DNA of 55,601 nucleotides. Origin: Prevotellaceae bacterium (GTDB taxonomy: Bacteria > Bacteroidota > Bacteroidia > Bacteroidales > UBA932). Below, in pieces: positions 8,232-17,198 of the stretch; position 1 is the stretch's first letter, and each line of letters opens with the position of its first letter. Location of the stretch: NCBI GenBank assembly GCA_031276235.1, contig JAISNL010000046.1, forward strand, positions 1 to 55,601, given 5' to 3'. Position numbers and translations under genes: made by a program. The notes beneath the pieces were generated by a model. It was not told the origin of the DNA and ran no database searches. It saw only the letters and a list, made by a program, of their open reading frames with translations.

Positions 8232-8653
8232 TGCTGAATGTAATAATTGACAGCGGTTTCTGGTTTGCTTTGTATGATCCGAGCGATGCCTATTATACAG
8301 AAGCAAACAACATTGCAGAACATTTAAATAATAATAATGTAATCATACCGTTTCCTACTTTGTATGAATCAATAAATACAAGATTTATGAAAAATTCGAC
8401 AGCAAAAACCGAATTTGAAAATATTCTTAAACGCAGCAATGTAAAAATTGTGGATGATGAACCAGTTAAAAATGATGCATTAAGAATTACCTTTACGGAT
8501 GAAAGTAAAAAAAGAAATTTAAGTCTGGTAGATAATATTATAAGATTGATATTGGAAGATGTTAATTATAAAATAGATTATTTAATCACTTTCAATAAAA
8601 AAGATTTCATTGATATATGCAAAAAACGCAACATTAAAATTTTAGATAACTAA
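8231..8653 (+). CDS. PIN-domain (VapC-like) putative ribonuclease
   Basis: 140 aa. Acidic residues fall in canonical PIN order: D7 ('VIIDSGF'), E46 ('LYESI'), D101 ('SLVDN'), and N122/D125 ('TFNKKDF'). Confidence 0.7.
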   Translation: MLNVIIDSGFWFALYDPSDAYYTEANNIAEHLNNNNVIIPFPTLYESINTRFMKNSTAKTEFENILKRSNVKIVDDEPVKNDALRITFTDESKKRNLSLVDNIIRLILEDVNYKIDYLITFNKKDFIDICKKRNIKILDN

Positions 8654-8676
8654 TTAATTAAATTAAAAATAAAAAC

Positions 8677-9597
8677 ATGAAAATATTAATAGCCACAGAA
8701 AAACCTTTTGCGAAAGCAGCCATTGATGGCATTCGCAAAATTGTTGAAAATTCGGGACATGAACTTCATTTGCTCGAAAAATATTCAGAAACAACTCAAT
8801 TACTGTCGGCGGTAGCCGATGCAGATGCATTGATTGTGCGCTCCGACAAAGTTACAAAACAGGTTATAGAAGCCGCCGGAAAATTAAAAATTGTTGTGCG
8901 TGCTGGCGCAGGCTTCGACAATCTTGATTTGGATGCCTGCACATCAAAAAACGTTGTAGCGATGAATACCCCGGGACAAAACTCAAACGCAGTTGCCGAA
9001 CTCGTTTTAGGATTGATGATTTTTATCAACCGCAACAAGTTCAGCGCAGGCACAGGCGCTGAACTTAAAGGCAAAAAACTTGGCATTCACGCCTACGGAA
9101 ATGTAGGACGGCTGGTTGCCCGCATTGCAAAAGGATTCGACATGCAAATCTGGGCTTTCGACCCGTTTATAAAAAAAGAAATAATACAGGCAGATGGAAT
9201 TACGGCAGTTGATAATGCAGAAGATTTGTATGCAAACTGCAATTATGTTTCACTACATATTCCGGCAAACGACAAAACCAAAAAATCAATAAACTGTAAA
9301 CTGCTTAACCTTATGCCCGAAGGCGGATGCCTGATAAACACGGCACGCAGGGAAGTGATTGATGAAGATGATTTAATGAAACTATTTGACAAACGCGCCG
9401 ATATTAAATATGTAACAGATGTTGCACCTTTAAATATTGCAGAATTGCAGCAAAAATTCGGAAACCGCATCTTTGCTACGCCCAAAAAAATAGGCGCAGA
9501 AACTGCCGAAGCAAATATTAATGCAGGATTAGCCGCCGCAAAGCAAATTGTGAACTTTTTCAACAACGGCGATGTAACGTTTCAACTCAACAGATAA
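8677..9597 (+). CDS. serA: D-3-phosphoglycerate dehydrogenase (short, D-2-hydroxyacid dehydrogenase family)
   Basis: 306 aa. 'VRAGAGFDNLD', NAD motif 'GIHAYGNVGRLVA' and 'NTARREVIDE'. Lies directly downstream of serC. Confidence 0.85.
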   Translation: MKILIATEKPFAKAAIDGIRKIVENSGHELHLLEKYSETTQLLSAVADADALIVRSDKVTKQVIEAAGKLKIVVRAGAGFDNLDLDACTSKNVVAMNTPGQNSNAVAELVLGLMIFINRNKFSAGTGAELKGKKLGIHAYGNVGRLVARIAKGFDMQIWAFDPFIKKEIIQADGITAVDNAEDLYANCNYVSLHIPANDKTKKSINCKLLNLMPEGGCLINTARREVIDEDDLMKLFDKRADIKYVTDVAPLNIAELQQKFGNRIFATPKKIGAETAEANINAGLAAAKQIVNFFNNGDVTFQLNR

Positions 9598-9666
9598 AAC
9601 TGATTGCAAAACAAAATCAAAAATACGAGTATTCATATTAAATATTAATGTATAAAAATAAAAATC

Positions 9667-10911
9667 ATGGTTAAAATTAAACCTTTTAGAGCATTGCGTC
9701 CGCCCAAACAATTAGCGAAACAAGTATCGGCGCGTCCTTATGATGTAATGAATTCAGCAGAAGCAAAAGCCGAAGCAGGCGACAAATCGTTGCTGCACAT
9801 CACAAAGCCCGAAATAGATTTTGAGCCGATGATTGATGAACATTCGCAGCAGGCATACGATAAGGCTGTTGAAAATTTCAAAAAATGGAGAGAACAGAAA
9901 TGGCTTGTGCAGGAAGACAGGGAAAAATATTATATCTATGCGCAAACCATGAATGGCAGAGTGCAATACGGACTTGTTGCATGCGCCAATGTTGACGATT
10001 ATCTGAACGGCAAAATCAAAAAACATGAACTTACCCGCAAAGATAAGGAAGACGATAGAATGATTCACGTGAAAATACAGAATGCAAACATCGAACCCGT
10101 TTTTTTTGCCTATCACGACGTGGATGAAATGAACGAAATAGTTGAAAGAATTGTAATCAATCAAGTGCCTGATTACAGTTTTGTAGCCGATGAAGACGGT
10201 TTTGGGCATGATTTTTGGGTGATTGATGATGACGAAATTAACCACAGAATCACCGAAATCTTTGCTTCCATTCCTGCGCTTTATGTTGCCGATGGACATC
10301 ACCGCACCGCAGCAGCCGCACGGGTAGGAGAAGAAAAACGCAACAAAAACAAATATCATACAGGCAAGGAAGAATACAATTATTTTATGGCTGTAATATT
10401 TCCTGCAAGCAATTTGATGATTATTGATTATAATCGCGTAATCAAAGATTTGAACGGATTAAGCAAAAAAGAATTTATCGAAAAACTCGAAAAATCGTTT
10501 ATCATTGAACCGAAAGGCAAGGAAACATACAAACCCGATAAACTGCACAACTTTTCGATGTACATTGACAACGAATGGTATTCGCTTACGGCAAAACAGG
10601 GCGCATACAACGATAGCGACCCAATAGAAACGCTTGATGTAACCATTCTTTCAAACCTTGTATTCGACGAAATTTTGAACCTCGGAAATCTTCGCACATC
10701 AAACCGCATTGATTTTGTAGGTGGCATTCGCGGGCTGGGTGAACTTAAAAGACGTGTTGACAGCGGCGAAATGGCTGTCGCATTTGCATTGTATCCTGTA
10801 TCAATGAAACAACTGATGAATATTGCCGATACGGGAAATATCATGCCACCGAAAACCACATGGTTTGAACCCAAACTTCGTTCAGGGCTGGCTATACATA
10901 CTTTGGACTGA
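9667..10911 (+). CDS. DUF1015 domain-containing protein
   Basis: 414 aa. 'MVKIKPFRALRP', 'LLHITKPEIDF', 'HELTRKDKEDDR' and 'YVADGHHR' are characteristic DUF1015 motifs. This is the usual neighbour of serA in Bacteroidales. Confidence 0.85.
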   Translation: MVKIKPFRALRPPKQLAKQVSARPYDVMNSAEAKAEAGDKSLLHITKPEIDFEPMIDEHSQQAYDKAVENFKKWREQKWLVQEDREKYYIYAQTMNGRVQYGLVACANVDDYLNGKIKKHELTRKDKEDDRMIHVKIQNANIEPVFFAYHDVDEMNEIVERIVINQVPDYSFVADEDGFGHDFWVIDDDEINHRITEIFASIPALYVADGHHRTAAAARVGEEKRNKNKYHTGKEEYNYFMAVIFPASNLMIIDYNRVIKDLNGLSKKEFIEKLEKSFIIEPKGKETYKPDKLHNFSMYIDNEWYSLTAKQGAYNDSDPIETLDVTILSNLVFDEILNLGNLRTSNRIDFVGGIRGLGELKRRVDSGEMAVAFALYPVSMKQLMNIADTGNIMPPKTTWFEPKLRSGLAIHTLD

Positions 10912-11065
10912 ACGGCTTTTACGGAGAATAATACAAAACTCAAAATATAAAACCGCGATTAGTACAAAAACATATTGCTTCGGCATAACACAGCAATATG
11001 AAAATGAAAAATGCCGGATGAGTTGCAAAAATACATCATTACATCAACTTATTGATTTTTAATGT

Positions 11066-11073
11066 TACCTTTG
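11066..11073 (+). promoter_or_regulatory. -7 promoter element TACCTTTG upstream of mdh
   Basis: TAnnTTTG match 44 nt upstream of the ATG at 11117. Confidence 0.45.
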
Positions 11074-11116
11074 CAACCGATTTAAATATTAAATAATTCA
11101 TAAAACATAAAATATT

Positions 11117-12061
11117 ATGGCAGTAAAAATAACAATAGTAGGATCGGGCAACGTAGGCGCAACCTGCGCTAATGTACTTGCAACGCGCGAAATTGCATCC
11201 GAAGTCGTTCTTCTTGATATTAAAGAAGGCATTTCAGAAGGAAAAGCAATGGACATTATGCAAACGGCAGCCCTTGCAGAATTTGGAGGCAGCATAAAAG
11301 GAATAACAAATGATTATGCGGCAACGGCAAATTCAAATGTAGCAGTGATAACATCAGGCATTCCCCGCAAACCCGGAATGACGCGCGAAGAACTGATAGG
11401 CGTGAATGCGGGAATAGTGAAAAATGTAGTAGAAAATATTCTTCAACATTCGCCTAATGCAATACTGATAATAGTAAGCAATCCTATGGATGCAATGTGT
11501 CATCTTGCAACAAAAATTTCGGGACTTCCACGCAACAGAGTTTTAGGGCTTGGCGGCGTTTTGGACAGTTCCCGATTTAAATATTATTTAAGCCGTGCGC
11601 TGGAAGCAAATTCAAAAGACATCGAAGCTACTGTGATAGGCGGACACGGAGATACAACCATGGTTCCGCTGGCATCGCTTGCGACATACAGAGGAGCGCC
11701 GGTTGCTAATTTTCTGTCGAAACAGCAACTTGACGAAGTTATAGAAGCAACAAAAGTAGGCGGAGCAACTTTGACCAGACTGCTGGGAACATCAGCATGG
11801 TATGCACCCGGAGCTGCAGCGGCGGCAATGATTGAATCAATAGTAAGAAATCAGAAACGCATCATGCCTTGCGCCGTAAAACTTGAAGGCGAATACGGCG
11901 AAACCGATATTACAATCGGAGTACCTGTTGTGCTTGGCGAAAACGGCTGGGAAAAGATTATTGAATTTCCGATTAGCAACGAAGAAAAAATAGCTTTCAA
12001 AGCCTCTGTCGATGCCACACGCAAAGTAAATCAAATAATGGTTGACAATAAAATGATATAA
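11117..12061 (+). CDS. mdh: malate dehydrogenase (LDH-like MDH)
   Basis: 314 aa. 'KITIVGSGNVGATCA', 'GIPRKPGMTREEL', 'VSNPMD' and 'IGGHGDTMVP'. Confidence 0.92.
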   Translation: MAVKITIVGSGNVGATCANVLATREIASEVVLLDIKEGISEGKAMDIMQTAALAEFGGSIKGITNDYAATANSNVAVITSGIPRKPGMTREELIGVNAGIVKNVVENILQHSPNAILIIVSNPMDAMCHLATKISGLPRNRVLGLGGVLDSSRFKYYLSRALEANSKDIEATVIGGHGDTTMVPLASLATYRGAPVANFLSKQQLDEVIEATKVGGATLTRLLGTSAWYAPGAAAAAMIESIVRNQKRIMPCAVKLEGEYGETDITIGVPVVLGENGWEKIIEFPISNEEKIAFKASVDATRKVNQIMVDNKMI

Positions 12062-12065
12062 CATC

Positions 12066-12103
12066 CAAGGCGCGTAAATATACCTGTTTATATTTATGCC
12101 TTG
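12066..12103 (+). terminator. stem-loop downstream of mdh
   Basis: CAAGGC..TAAATATA-cctgtt-TATATTTA..GCCTTG forms a nested inverted repeat 5 nt after the stop. There is no strong T-tract. Confidence 0.4.
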
Positions 12104-12212
12104 TGAAGTATAAGCGGATAGAAAATATACCTTATTGACACAACTGCTCAAATCCTTTGCAGGTAATAAATTTTGTAAAATCGAATATAAATCAAACTAA
12201 AAAATATGTTAT

Positions 12213-12431
12213 ATGAAAAGAGTTGTACAGACAAGAGAACAAGTATGTTCTCTCATTGGCAAAATCCGCGAGGATAGAGAGTTGAGCCTTTACGACCTTT
12301 CAAAACTCTCAGGAGTAGGGCGAGATCATATTTGCAGAGTTGAAAACGGCGAACATTCTGTAAGCCTTGACGTACTGCTTAAACTGGTTAACGCGCTTGA
12401 CTGTGAAATAATAATCAGAGAAAGGCTATAA
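12213..12431 (+). CDS. XRE-family helix-turn-helix transcriptional regulator (orphan)
   Basis: 72 aa. 'LSLYDLSKLSGVGRDHICRVENGEHSVSLDVLLKLVNAL' is a classic HTH_3 pattern. Confidence 0.75.
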   Translation: MKRVVQTREQVCSLIGKIREDRELSLYDLSKLSGVGRDHICRVENGEHSVSLDVLLKLVNALDCEIIIRERL

Positions 12432-12474
12432 AATTTATTCGTATATAACAGTTCGCATACGGAAATACCATCTC

Positions 12475-12506
12475 CAACCTCGCTGATAATAGAACCAGCG
12501 AGGTTG
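12475..12506 (+). terminator. perfect 11-bp stem-loop downstream of the HTH gene
   Basis: CAACCTCGCTG-N10-CAGCGAGGTTG followed by 'ttgt'. The T-tract is weak. Confidence 0.35.
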
Positions 12507-12734
12507 TTGTGAAGCAGGAATATATCTGCATTTCTATCCGCAACATTGAAAATACTGCGCTTTTTGTTCGCATGTTGAGAAATTCTCACGCACAGGCAAA
12601 AGACGCTCTTGTGTACAGGCTGTTTTTATCTGCTTCTGCACTCGCTGCAATTCAGCCGAAGCGTAGCGCAGCAATCCACAAAAAGACTGCAGGGCAGATT
12701 CAAGTAGTAAATACTGTTCGTAATAAACGGCTAT

Positions 12735-13940
12735 TTATCTATCCTGCATCAGGATAGAAGTGTCGCCATAGCTGAGAAATCGAAAATCATGAGTCAGTGC
12801 ATAATCGTAAACTTTGCGCCATTCGTTGCCGATAAATGCGGCAACCAGCAACAGTAATGTGCTTTTGGGCTGATGGAAATTTGTAATTAAGGCATTTACT
12901 ATTTTAGGTTTATAGCTCGGCATAATCATTATTTGCGTTGAAGTGCAAAGTTCGTGCAAATTATTATTTTCAAGATAATCTAATACCGCTTGCAACGATT
13001 CGACAACATTTATTTTAAAATCACTTTGATAAGGTTCAAATTGACAGATGTTCAGATTTCTGATATTTTTATTCTGCATGATTTTACAGCCTGCCCAGTA
13101 TAAACTTTCGAGAGTGCGGACGCTTGTTGTACCAACTGCTGCAATGCTTCCGAGATGTTGGATTATTTTGATGATAGTTGTTTTTTTTACAATAAAATGT
13201 TCCTGATGCATGATATGCTCGCTAACCAACTCGGTTTTTACAGGTTTGAATGTACCTGCGCCTACATGTAAAGTGATTTGAGCGGTTTCGATATTTTTTG
13301 ATTTCAGATTTTGTAAAACATTGTTGCTGAAATGCAACCCTGCCGTAGGCGCAGCAACAGAACCTTCAAATTTTGAATATATTGTTTGATATCTTTCGCA
13401 GTCAATTTCCTGCGAGTCGCGTTTCAAATAAGGTGGAACAGGTATTTTGCCACATGAATCCATAACTTGTGCAAACGATAATTCGGAGTTCCATGTGAAT
13501 CTCACTTTTAGTAATTCGTTGTTATTCCCGATTTTTTCAACGCTCAGTTCGTCTTTAATATTATTGCAAATAAACGTTTTTTTCAAAGTTTCGCCTTTCC
13601 ATTTTTTCAGATTTCCTACGGTGCAATGCCAGATACATTCTGCCGTAGCCGCAAAATTATGCTCGTAACCGACTGGCAAAACGGGTTCAAGGCAAAAAAT
13701 TTCAATTTGCGCTCCTGTTGTTTTATGAAAAATTATTCGCGCATGAACAACTTTCGTATCATTAAACACAAGCAAAGAATTGGAATTAAGCAAATCAGGC
13801 AAATCGGCAAATGACTGATGACTGATTTTACCTTTGCCATAAATCAGCAATTTTGATGAATCTCGCTGTGGCAAAGGATATTTTGCAATACGTTCATCGG
13901 GCAACTCATAATCAAAATCAGATATGTTTATTTTGTTCAT
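12735..13940 (-). CDS. queA: S-adenosylmethionine:tRNA ribosyltransferase-isomerase
   Basis: 401 aa. 'FDYELPDERIAKYP', 'RDSSKLL', 'VAAPTAGLHF', 'TLHVGAGTFKPV', 'AVGTTSVRTLES' and 'FRFLSYGD'. Confidence 0.9.
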   Translation of the reverse strand: MNKINISDFDYELPDERIAKYPLPQRDSSKLLIYGKGKISHQSFADLPDLLNSNSLLVFNDTKVVHARIIFHKTTGAQIEIFCLEPVLPVGYEHNFAATAECIWHCTVGNLKKWKGETLKKTFICNNIKDELSVEKIGNNNELLKVRFTWNSELSFAQVMDSCGKIPVPPYLKRDSQEIDCERYQTIYSKFEGSVAAPTAGLHFSNNVLQNLKSKNIETAQITLHVGAGTFKPVKTELVSEHIMHQEHFIVKKTTIIKIIQHLGSIAAVGTTSVRTLESLYWAGCKIMQNKNIRNLNICQFEPYQSDFKINVVESLQAVLDYLENNNLHELCTSTQIMIMPSYKPKIVNALITNFHQPKSTLLLLVAAFIGNEWRKVYDYALTHDFRFLSYGDTSILMQDR

Positions 13941-14000
13941 AATTTATTATAAGTCTGCTTTTGATATGAATTTATCTGTATTTTACTGTAATATTCGAGA

Positions 14001-15197
14001 TTATTGCCTTTTATTATTTTTTTGCAGTTTTTTCTCTGTTTTTCGTCGTTTTATTTCGGCTTTAATCAATTCAAGTTCGCGAGTTGTCTGTCCCGCTATT
14101 GCAGTATTTTCTTCGGCGCGGCGAATAAGATAAGGCAAAACCTTTTTTACCGGAGCATAGGGAATATATTTGGTTACGTTGTAGCCTTCGTGTGCAAGAT
14201 TATATGAAAGATTATCGCTCATTCCGTATAGCTGTGCAAAAAATATTCGGTTGTCGTTACGAGTAAGATGATGTTTTTCAATCAAATTAGCCAGAAATTG
14301 ATTGCTTTCTTCGTTATGAGTTCCCGAAAACACTTCAAATTTATCAATATGTTCAATCACATAACTCAAACCTCTGTTATAATTTTCGTCGGTTGCCTGT
14401 TTTGTTGGGCAAATAGGGTCTTTATAGCCGAGTTGCTTAGCTCTTTCGCGTTCCTTTTCCATGTAAGCTCCGCGAACAAATTTCATTCCTACCGTGTAAT
14501 TATTTTCTACGGCATCGTTGTAAAGTTTTTCGAGATATTGCAATCTGTCATGCCTGTACATTTGAAGAGTAGTAAAAACTATTGCCCGTTTTTTGTTGAA
14601 TTTGCGCATCATTTCTTCGGTAAAGTCATCTATTGCATCCTGAAAACAATAATCTTCGGCATCAACCAAAATACGGACATTATTGTCGTAAGCGAGTTGG
14701 CATAATGTTTCAAATCGCTGTTTGTATTCGCCATAATTTTTTTGTTCATCTTCATTAAGTTCTGCTTTTGCCGATGCTTTTTCCAACAGTTCGTCAACGG
14801 TAAGAGCCGTAGGTTTGAACACTGTGTAAGCTACATTTTCGTTGCCTTTGGCATATTTTATAGAGCTAATAAATTCTTCAAAAGTTTGTTGAATATCGTC
14901 GGCGCTTCCGCCGCCTTCTGCTGAATAATCAAAAATTGAGCGTATGCCGTATTTCATAAGCTGTTGAGCCAGCGGAGTACATTTTTGCAATGTTTCGCCT
15001 CCTACAAACTGTTTGTAAATAGTAGGTTTCAACAGCCAGCCGACAGGAAATTTGATTTTACCTGTAATGTAAACAAAAATTTTTCCCAATTTCACAACCC
15101 ATGTATGTTTTATTGAGTTAAACAGAAATTTTGCGCGGCGTAAATCCGCATTGCTTTTTGCTTCAAAAGCAATTTGAGTATTTTTAAAATCTATCAT
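14001..15197 (-). CDS. proline dehydrogenase family protein
   Basis: 398 aa. 'FVGGETL', 'IFDYSAEG', 'VRGAYMEKER', 'GTHNE', 'FAQLYGMSD' and 'KYIPYAPV..PYLIRRAEEN' match the monofunctional PutA-type PRODH barrel. Confidence 0.8.
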   Translation of the reverse strand: MIDFKNTQIAFEAKSNADLRRAKFLFNSIKHTWVVKLGKIFVYITGKIKFPVGWLLKPTIYKQFVGGETLQKCTPLAQQLMKYGIRSIFDYSAEGGGSADDIQQTFEEFISSIKYAKGNENVAYTVFKPTALTVDELLEKASAKAELNEDEQKNYGEYKQRFETLCQLAYDNNVRILVDAEDYCFQDAIDDFTEEMMRKFNKKRAIVFTTLQMYRHDRLQYLEKLYNDAVENNYTVGMKFVRGAYMEKERERAKQLGYKDPICPTKQATDENYNRGLSYVIEHIDKFEVFSGTHNEESNQFLANLIEKHHLTRNDNRIFFAQLYGMSDNLSYNLAHEGYNVTKYIPYAPVKKVLPYLIRRAEENTAIAGQTTRELELIKAEIKRRKTEKKLQKNNKRQ

Positions 15198-15235
15198 ATT
15201 TGTTTTGGTTTTATATAAATTTATTTGCTGTCATA

Positions 15236-15949
15236 TTATCCGAAATATTCAAAATCAATTTCTTTGGTATCATCATATTCTGTAATGTTTCCTTTTTCGC
15301 ATTTGTACACTTTGGCAGGATATTTTTTGATTAGTTGATGATTGTGAGTTGCCATTATAACGGTGATTCCGAATTTGCTGTTCAAATCAAAAAGAATTTC
15401 CATTATTTTGTCTGATGTTTCGGGGTCAAGATTTCCAGTCGGTTCGTCGGCAAGCAAAAGTAATGGGTTGTTGAGCAATGCGCGGGCAATAGCAATGCGT
15501 TGCTGTTCGCCTCCTGAAAGCTGATGCGGCATTTTTTGTATTTTGTCTTTCAATTCTACTCTTTTAAGCACTTCGTTGATGCGTTCTCTGATTTTTTTTT
15601 TGTCTTTCCAGTCGGTTGCCCGCAATACAAAAGCAAGATTCTCAAATACATTTCTGTCGGTAAGCAACTTAAAATCCTGAAAAACCACTCCAAGCTTACG
15701 TCTCAATAAATGAACAGATTTTGATTTCAATGTTTTCAAATCAAATCCTGCCGCCTCTGCGGTTGCGGCTTCCTTTACCGATATTTCTCCGTTTATTGCC
15801 CGTATCAAACTTGTTTTTCCACTTCCCACGCGTCCTATAATATAAACAAAATCGCCTGAATTTATTTTTAAATTCACATCGTTCAGCACAGGATTTTCAT
15901 CAAGCAATATATCTGCATTTTCAAAATTTATGATGATTTTATTTTCCAT
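15236..15949 (-). CDS. ftsE: cell-division ABC ATPase FtsE-like
   Basis: 237 aa. Walker A 'GRVGSGKTS', signature 'LSGGEQQR' and Walker B 'LLLADEPTGNLD'. Size and termini are typical of FtsE. Confidence 0.75.
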   Translation of the reverse strand: MENKIIINFENADILLDENPVLNDVNLKINSGDFVYIIGRVGSGKTSLIRAINGEISVKEAATAEAAGFDLKTLKSKSVHLLRRKLGVVFQDFKLLTDRNVFENLAFVLRATDWKDKKKIRERINEVLKRVELKDKIQKMPHQLSGGEQQRIAIARALLNNPLLLLADEPTGNLDPETSDKIMEILFDLNSKFGITVIMATHNHQLIKKYPAKVYKCEKGNITEYDDTKEIDFEYFG

Positions 15950-16042
15950 GAAATTTATTTATCTTTACGAGAAACAAAGGTAATAAAATTTTAAAATACA
16001 AAGAAAATTTATACGTAAATTAAAAGAATGAAATATTATGTT

Positions 16043-16050
16043 TAGATTTG
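16043..16050 (+). promoter_or_regulatory. -7 promoter element TAGATTTG upstream of xerD
   Basis: TAnnTTTG match 45 nt upstream of the ATG at 16095. Confidence 0.4.
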
Positions 16051-16094
16051 CAAAATAAAATGATTAATGTAATTACAATTTTAACTTTATCATT

Positions 16095-16991
16095 ATGAAA
16101 TGGAAGATTGCTATAGCAGATTTTAAAAAATATTTACATTTGGAATTATCACTTTCTGAAAATACGATAAATGCATATATACATGATGTAAAAAAACTTA
16201 GATCTTTTGCCAAAGATAAAAACAATTTAAATATCAATGATATTAAAGAATATCATATTCATGAATTTCTTGCCGATTTATACGATAATAATTTGAATAG
16301 CCGCACACAGCAGCGAATTTTAAGCGGCATAAAAAGTTTTTTTACTTTTCTTGAATTTGAAAACGAACTGAAGATGAATCCTGCCGAACTGGTTGAAAGC
16401 CCGAAAATAGGACGAAAATTGCCTGATTTTTTAACTGTTGATGAAATAGACAGTATAATTTCGAGTATAGATTTGAGCGGTCCACTCGGACACAGAAATG
16501 CGGCTGTTATCGAAATTCTTTACAGTTGCGGATTACGAGTTTCGGAAGTTATTGACTTAAAAATATCGCACTTGAATTTTTCAGATGAATTTATACGAAT
16601 CACAGGAAAAGGAAACAAAGAAAGACTTGTGCCTATAGGCAAACGGGCGATACAATCGCTATCCATATATCTTAACCAACGAAAATCTATATTTGTTAAC
16701 AGAAAAGCCGAAGATATTGTTTTTCTTAACCGCAGTGGGGAAAAACTCTCGCGCGTGGCAATTTTCAACCTTATAAAAAGGCAAGCAATAAAAGCGGGAA
16801 TAAGTAAAATCATAAGCCCGCATACACTTAGACATTCATTTGCTACTCATCTTGTTGAAAACGGCGCCGACCTGAGGGCAGTACAGCAAATGCTCGGACA
16901 TGAATCAATTCTTACTACCGAAATATATACGCATCTTGACAATACATTTATACGAAATGTAATTCTTTTGTATCATCCACGTGCAAAATAG
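16095..16991 (+). CDS. xerD: site-specific tyrosine recombinase XerD
   Basis: 298 aa. 'YSCGLRVSE', 'GKGNKERLVP', 'SPHTLRHSFATHL' and 'LGHESILTTEIYTH' supply the R-H-R-Y catalytic set. Confidence 0.85.
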   Translation: MKWKIAIADFKKYLHLELSLSENTINAYIHDVKKLRSFAKDKNNLNINDIKEYHIHEFLADLYDNNLNSRTQQRILSGIKSFFTFLEFENELKMNPAELVESPKIGRKLPDFLTVDEIDSIISSIDLSGPLGHRNAAVIEILYSCGLRVSEVIDLKISHLNFSDEFIRITGKGNKERLVPIGKRAIQSLSIYLNQRKSIFVNRKAEDIVFLNRSGEKLSRVAIFNLIKRQAIKAGISKIISPHTLRHSFATHLVENGADLRAVQQMLGHESILTTEIYTHLDNTFIRNVILLYHPRAK

Positions 16992-17090
16992 TCAGAGTAA
17001 AACGAATAGTCAGATAGATATTTAATATATCTTTTGCATCATGTTTTACAAAAAGAATGAAATTCTTGCATAACATTTCAATTAATTGTG

Positions 17091-17098
17091 TACTTTTG
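17091..17098 (+). promoter_or_regulatory. -7 promoter element TACTTTTG
   Basis: TAnnTTTG match 100 nt upstream of the ATG at 17199. Confidence 0.35.
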
Positions 17099-17198
17099 CA
17101 CTATACCTTGATATTGTTTGTTTTCATTGTAATTGAACAGTCAATAAATTGACAAATTAACATAAAAAATTAAGAATAATAAATTAAAATAAAAAAAA

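Noticed and set aside
12432-12734. Possible hipA-like toxin relic or ncRNA downstream of the orphan XRE HTH gene. The minus-strand ORF 12326..12589 contains 'IFNVADRNADIFLLH', vaguely like the HipA 'FN..(R/G)N.DDH.KNFS(L/F)L' motif. The plus-strand ORF is 12509..12757.
   Set aside because: The resemblance covers about 15 residues, needs a gap, and lies on the strand convergent with the HTH gene. I recognised no SRP, tmRNA, RNase P or 6S signature. The region also contains a degenerate REP arm. The evidence is too weak to call.
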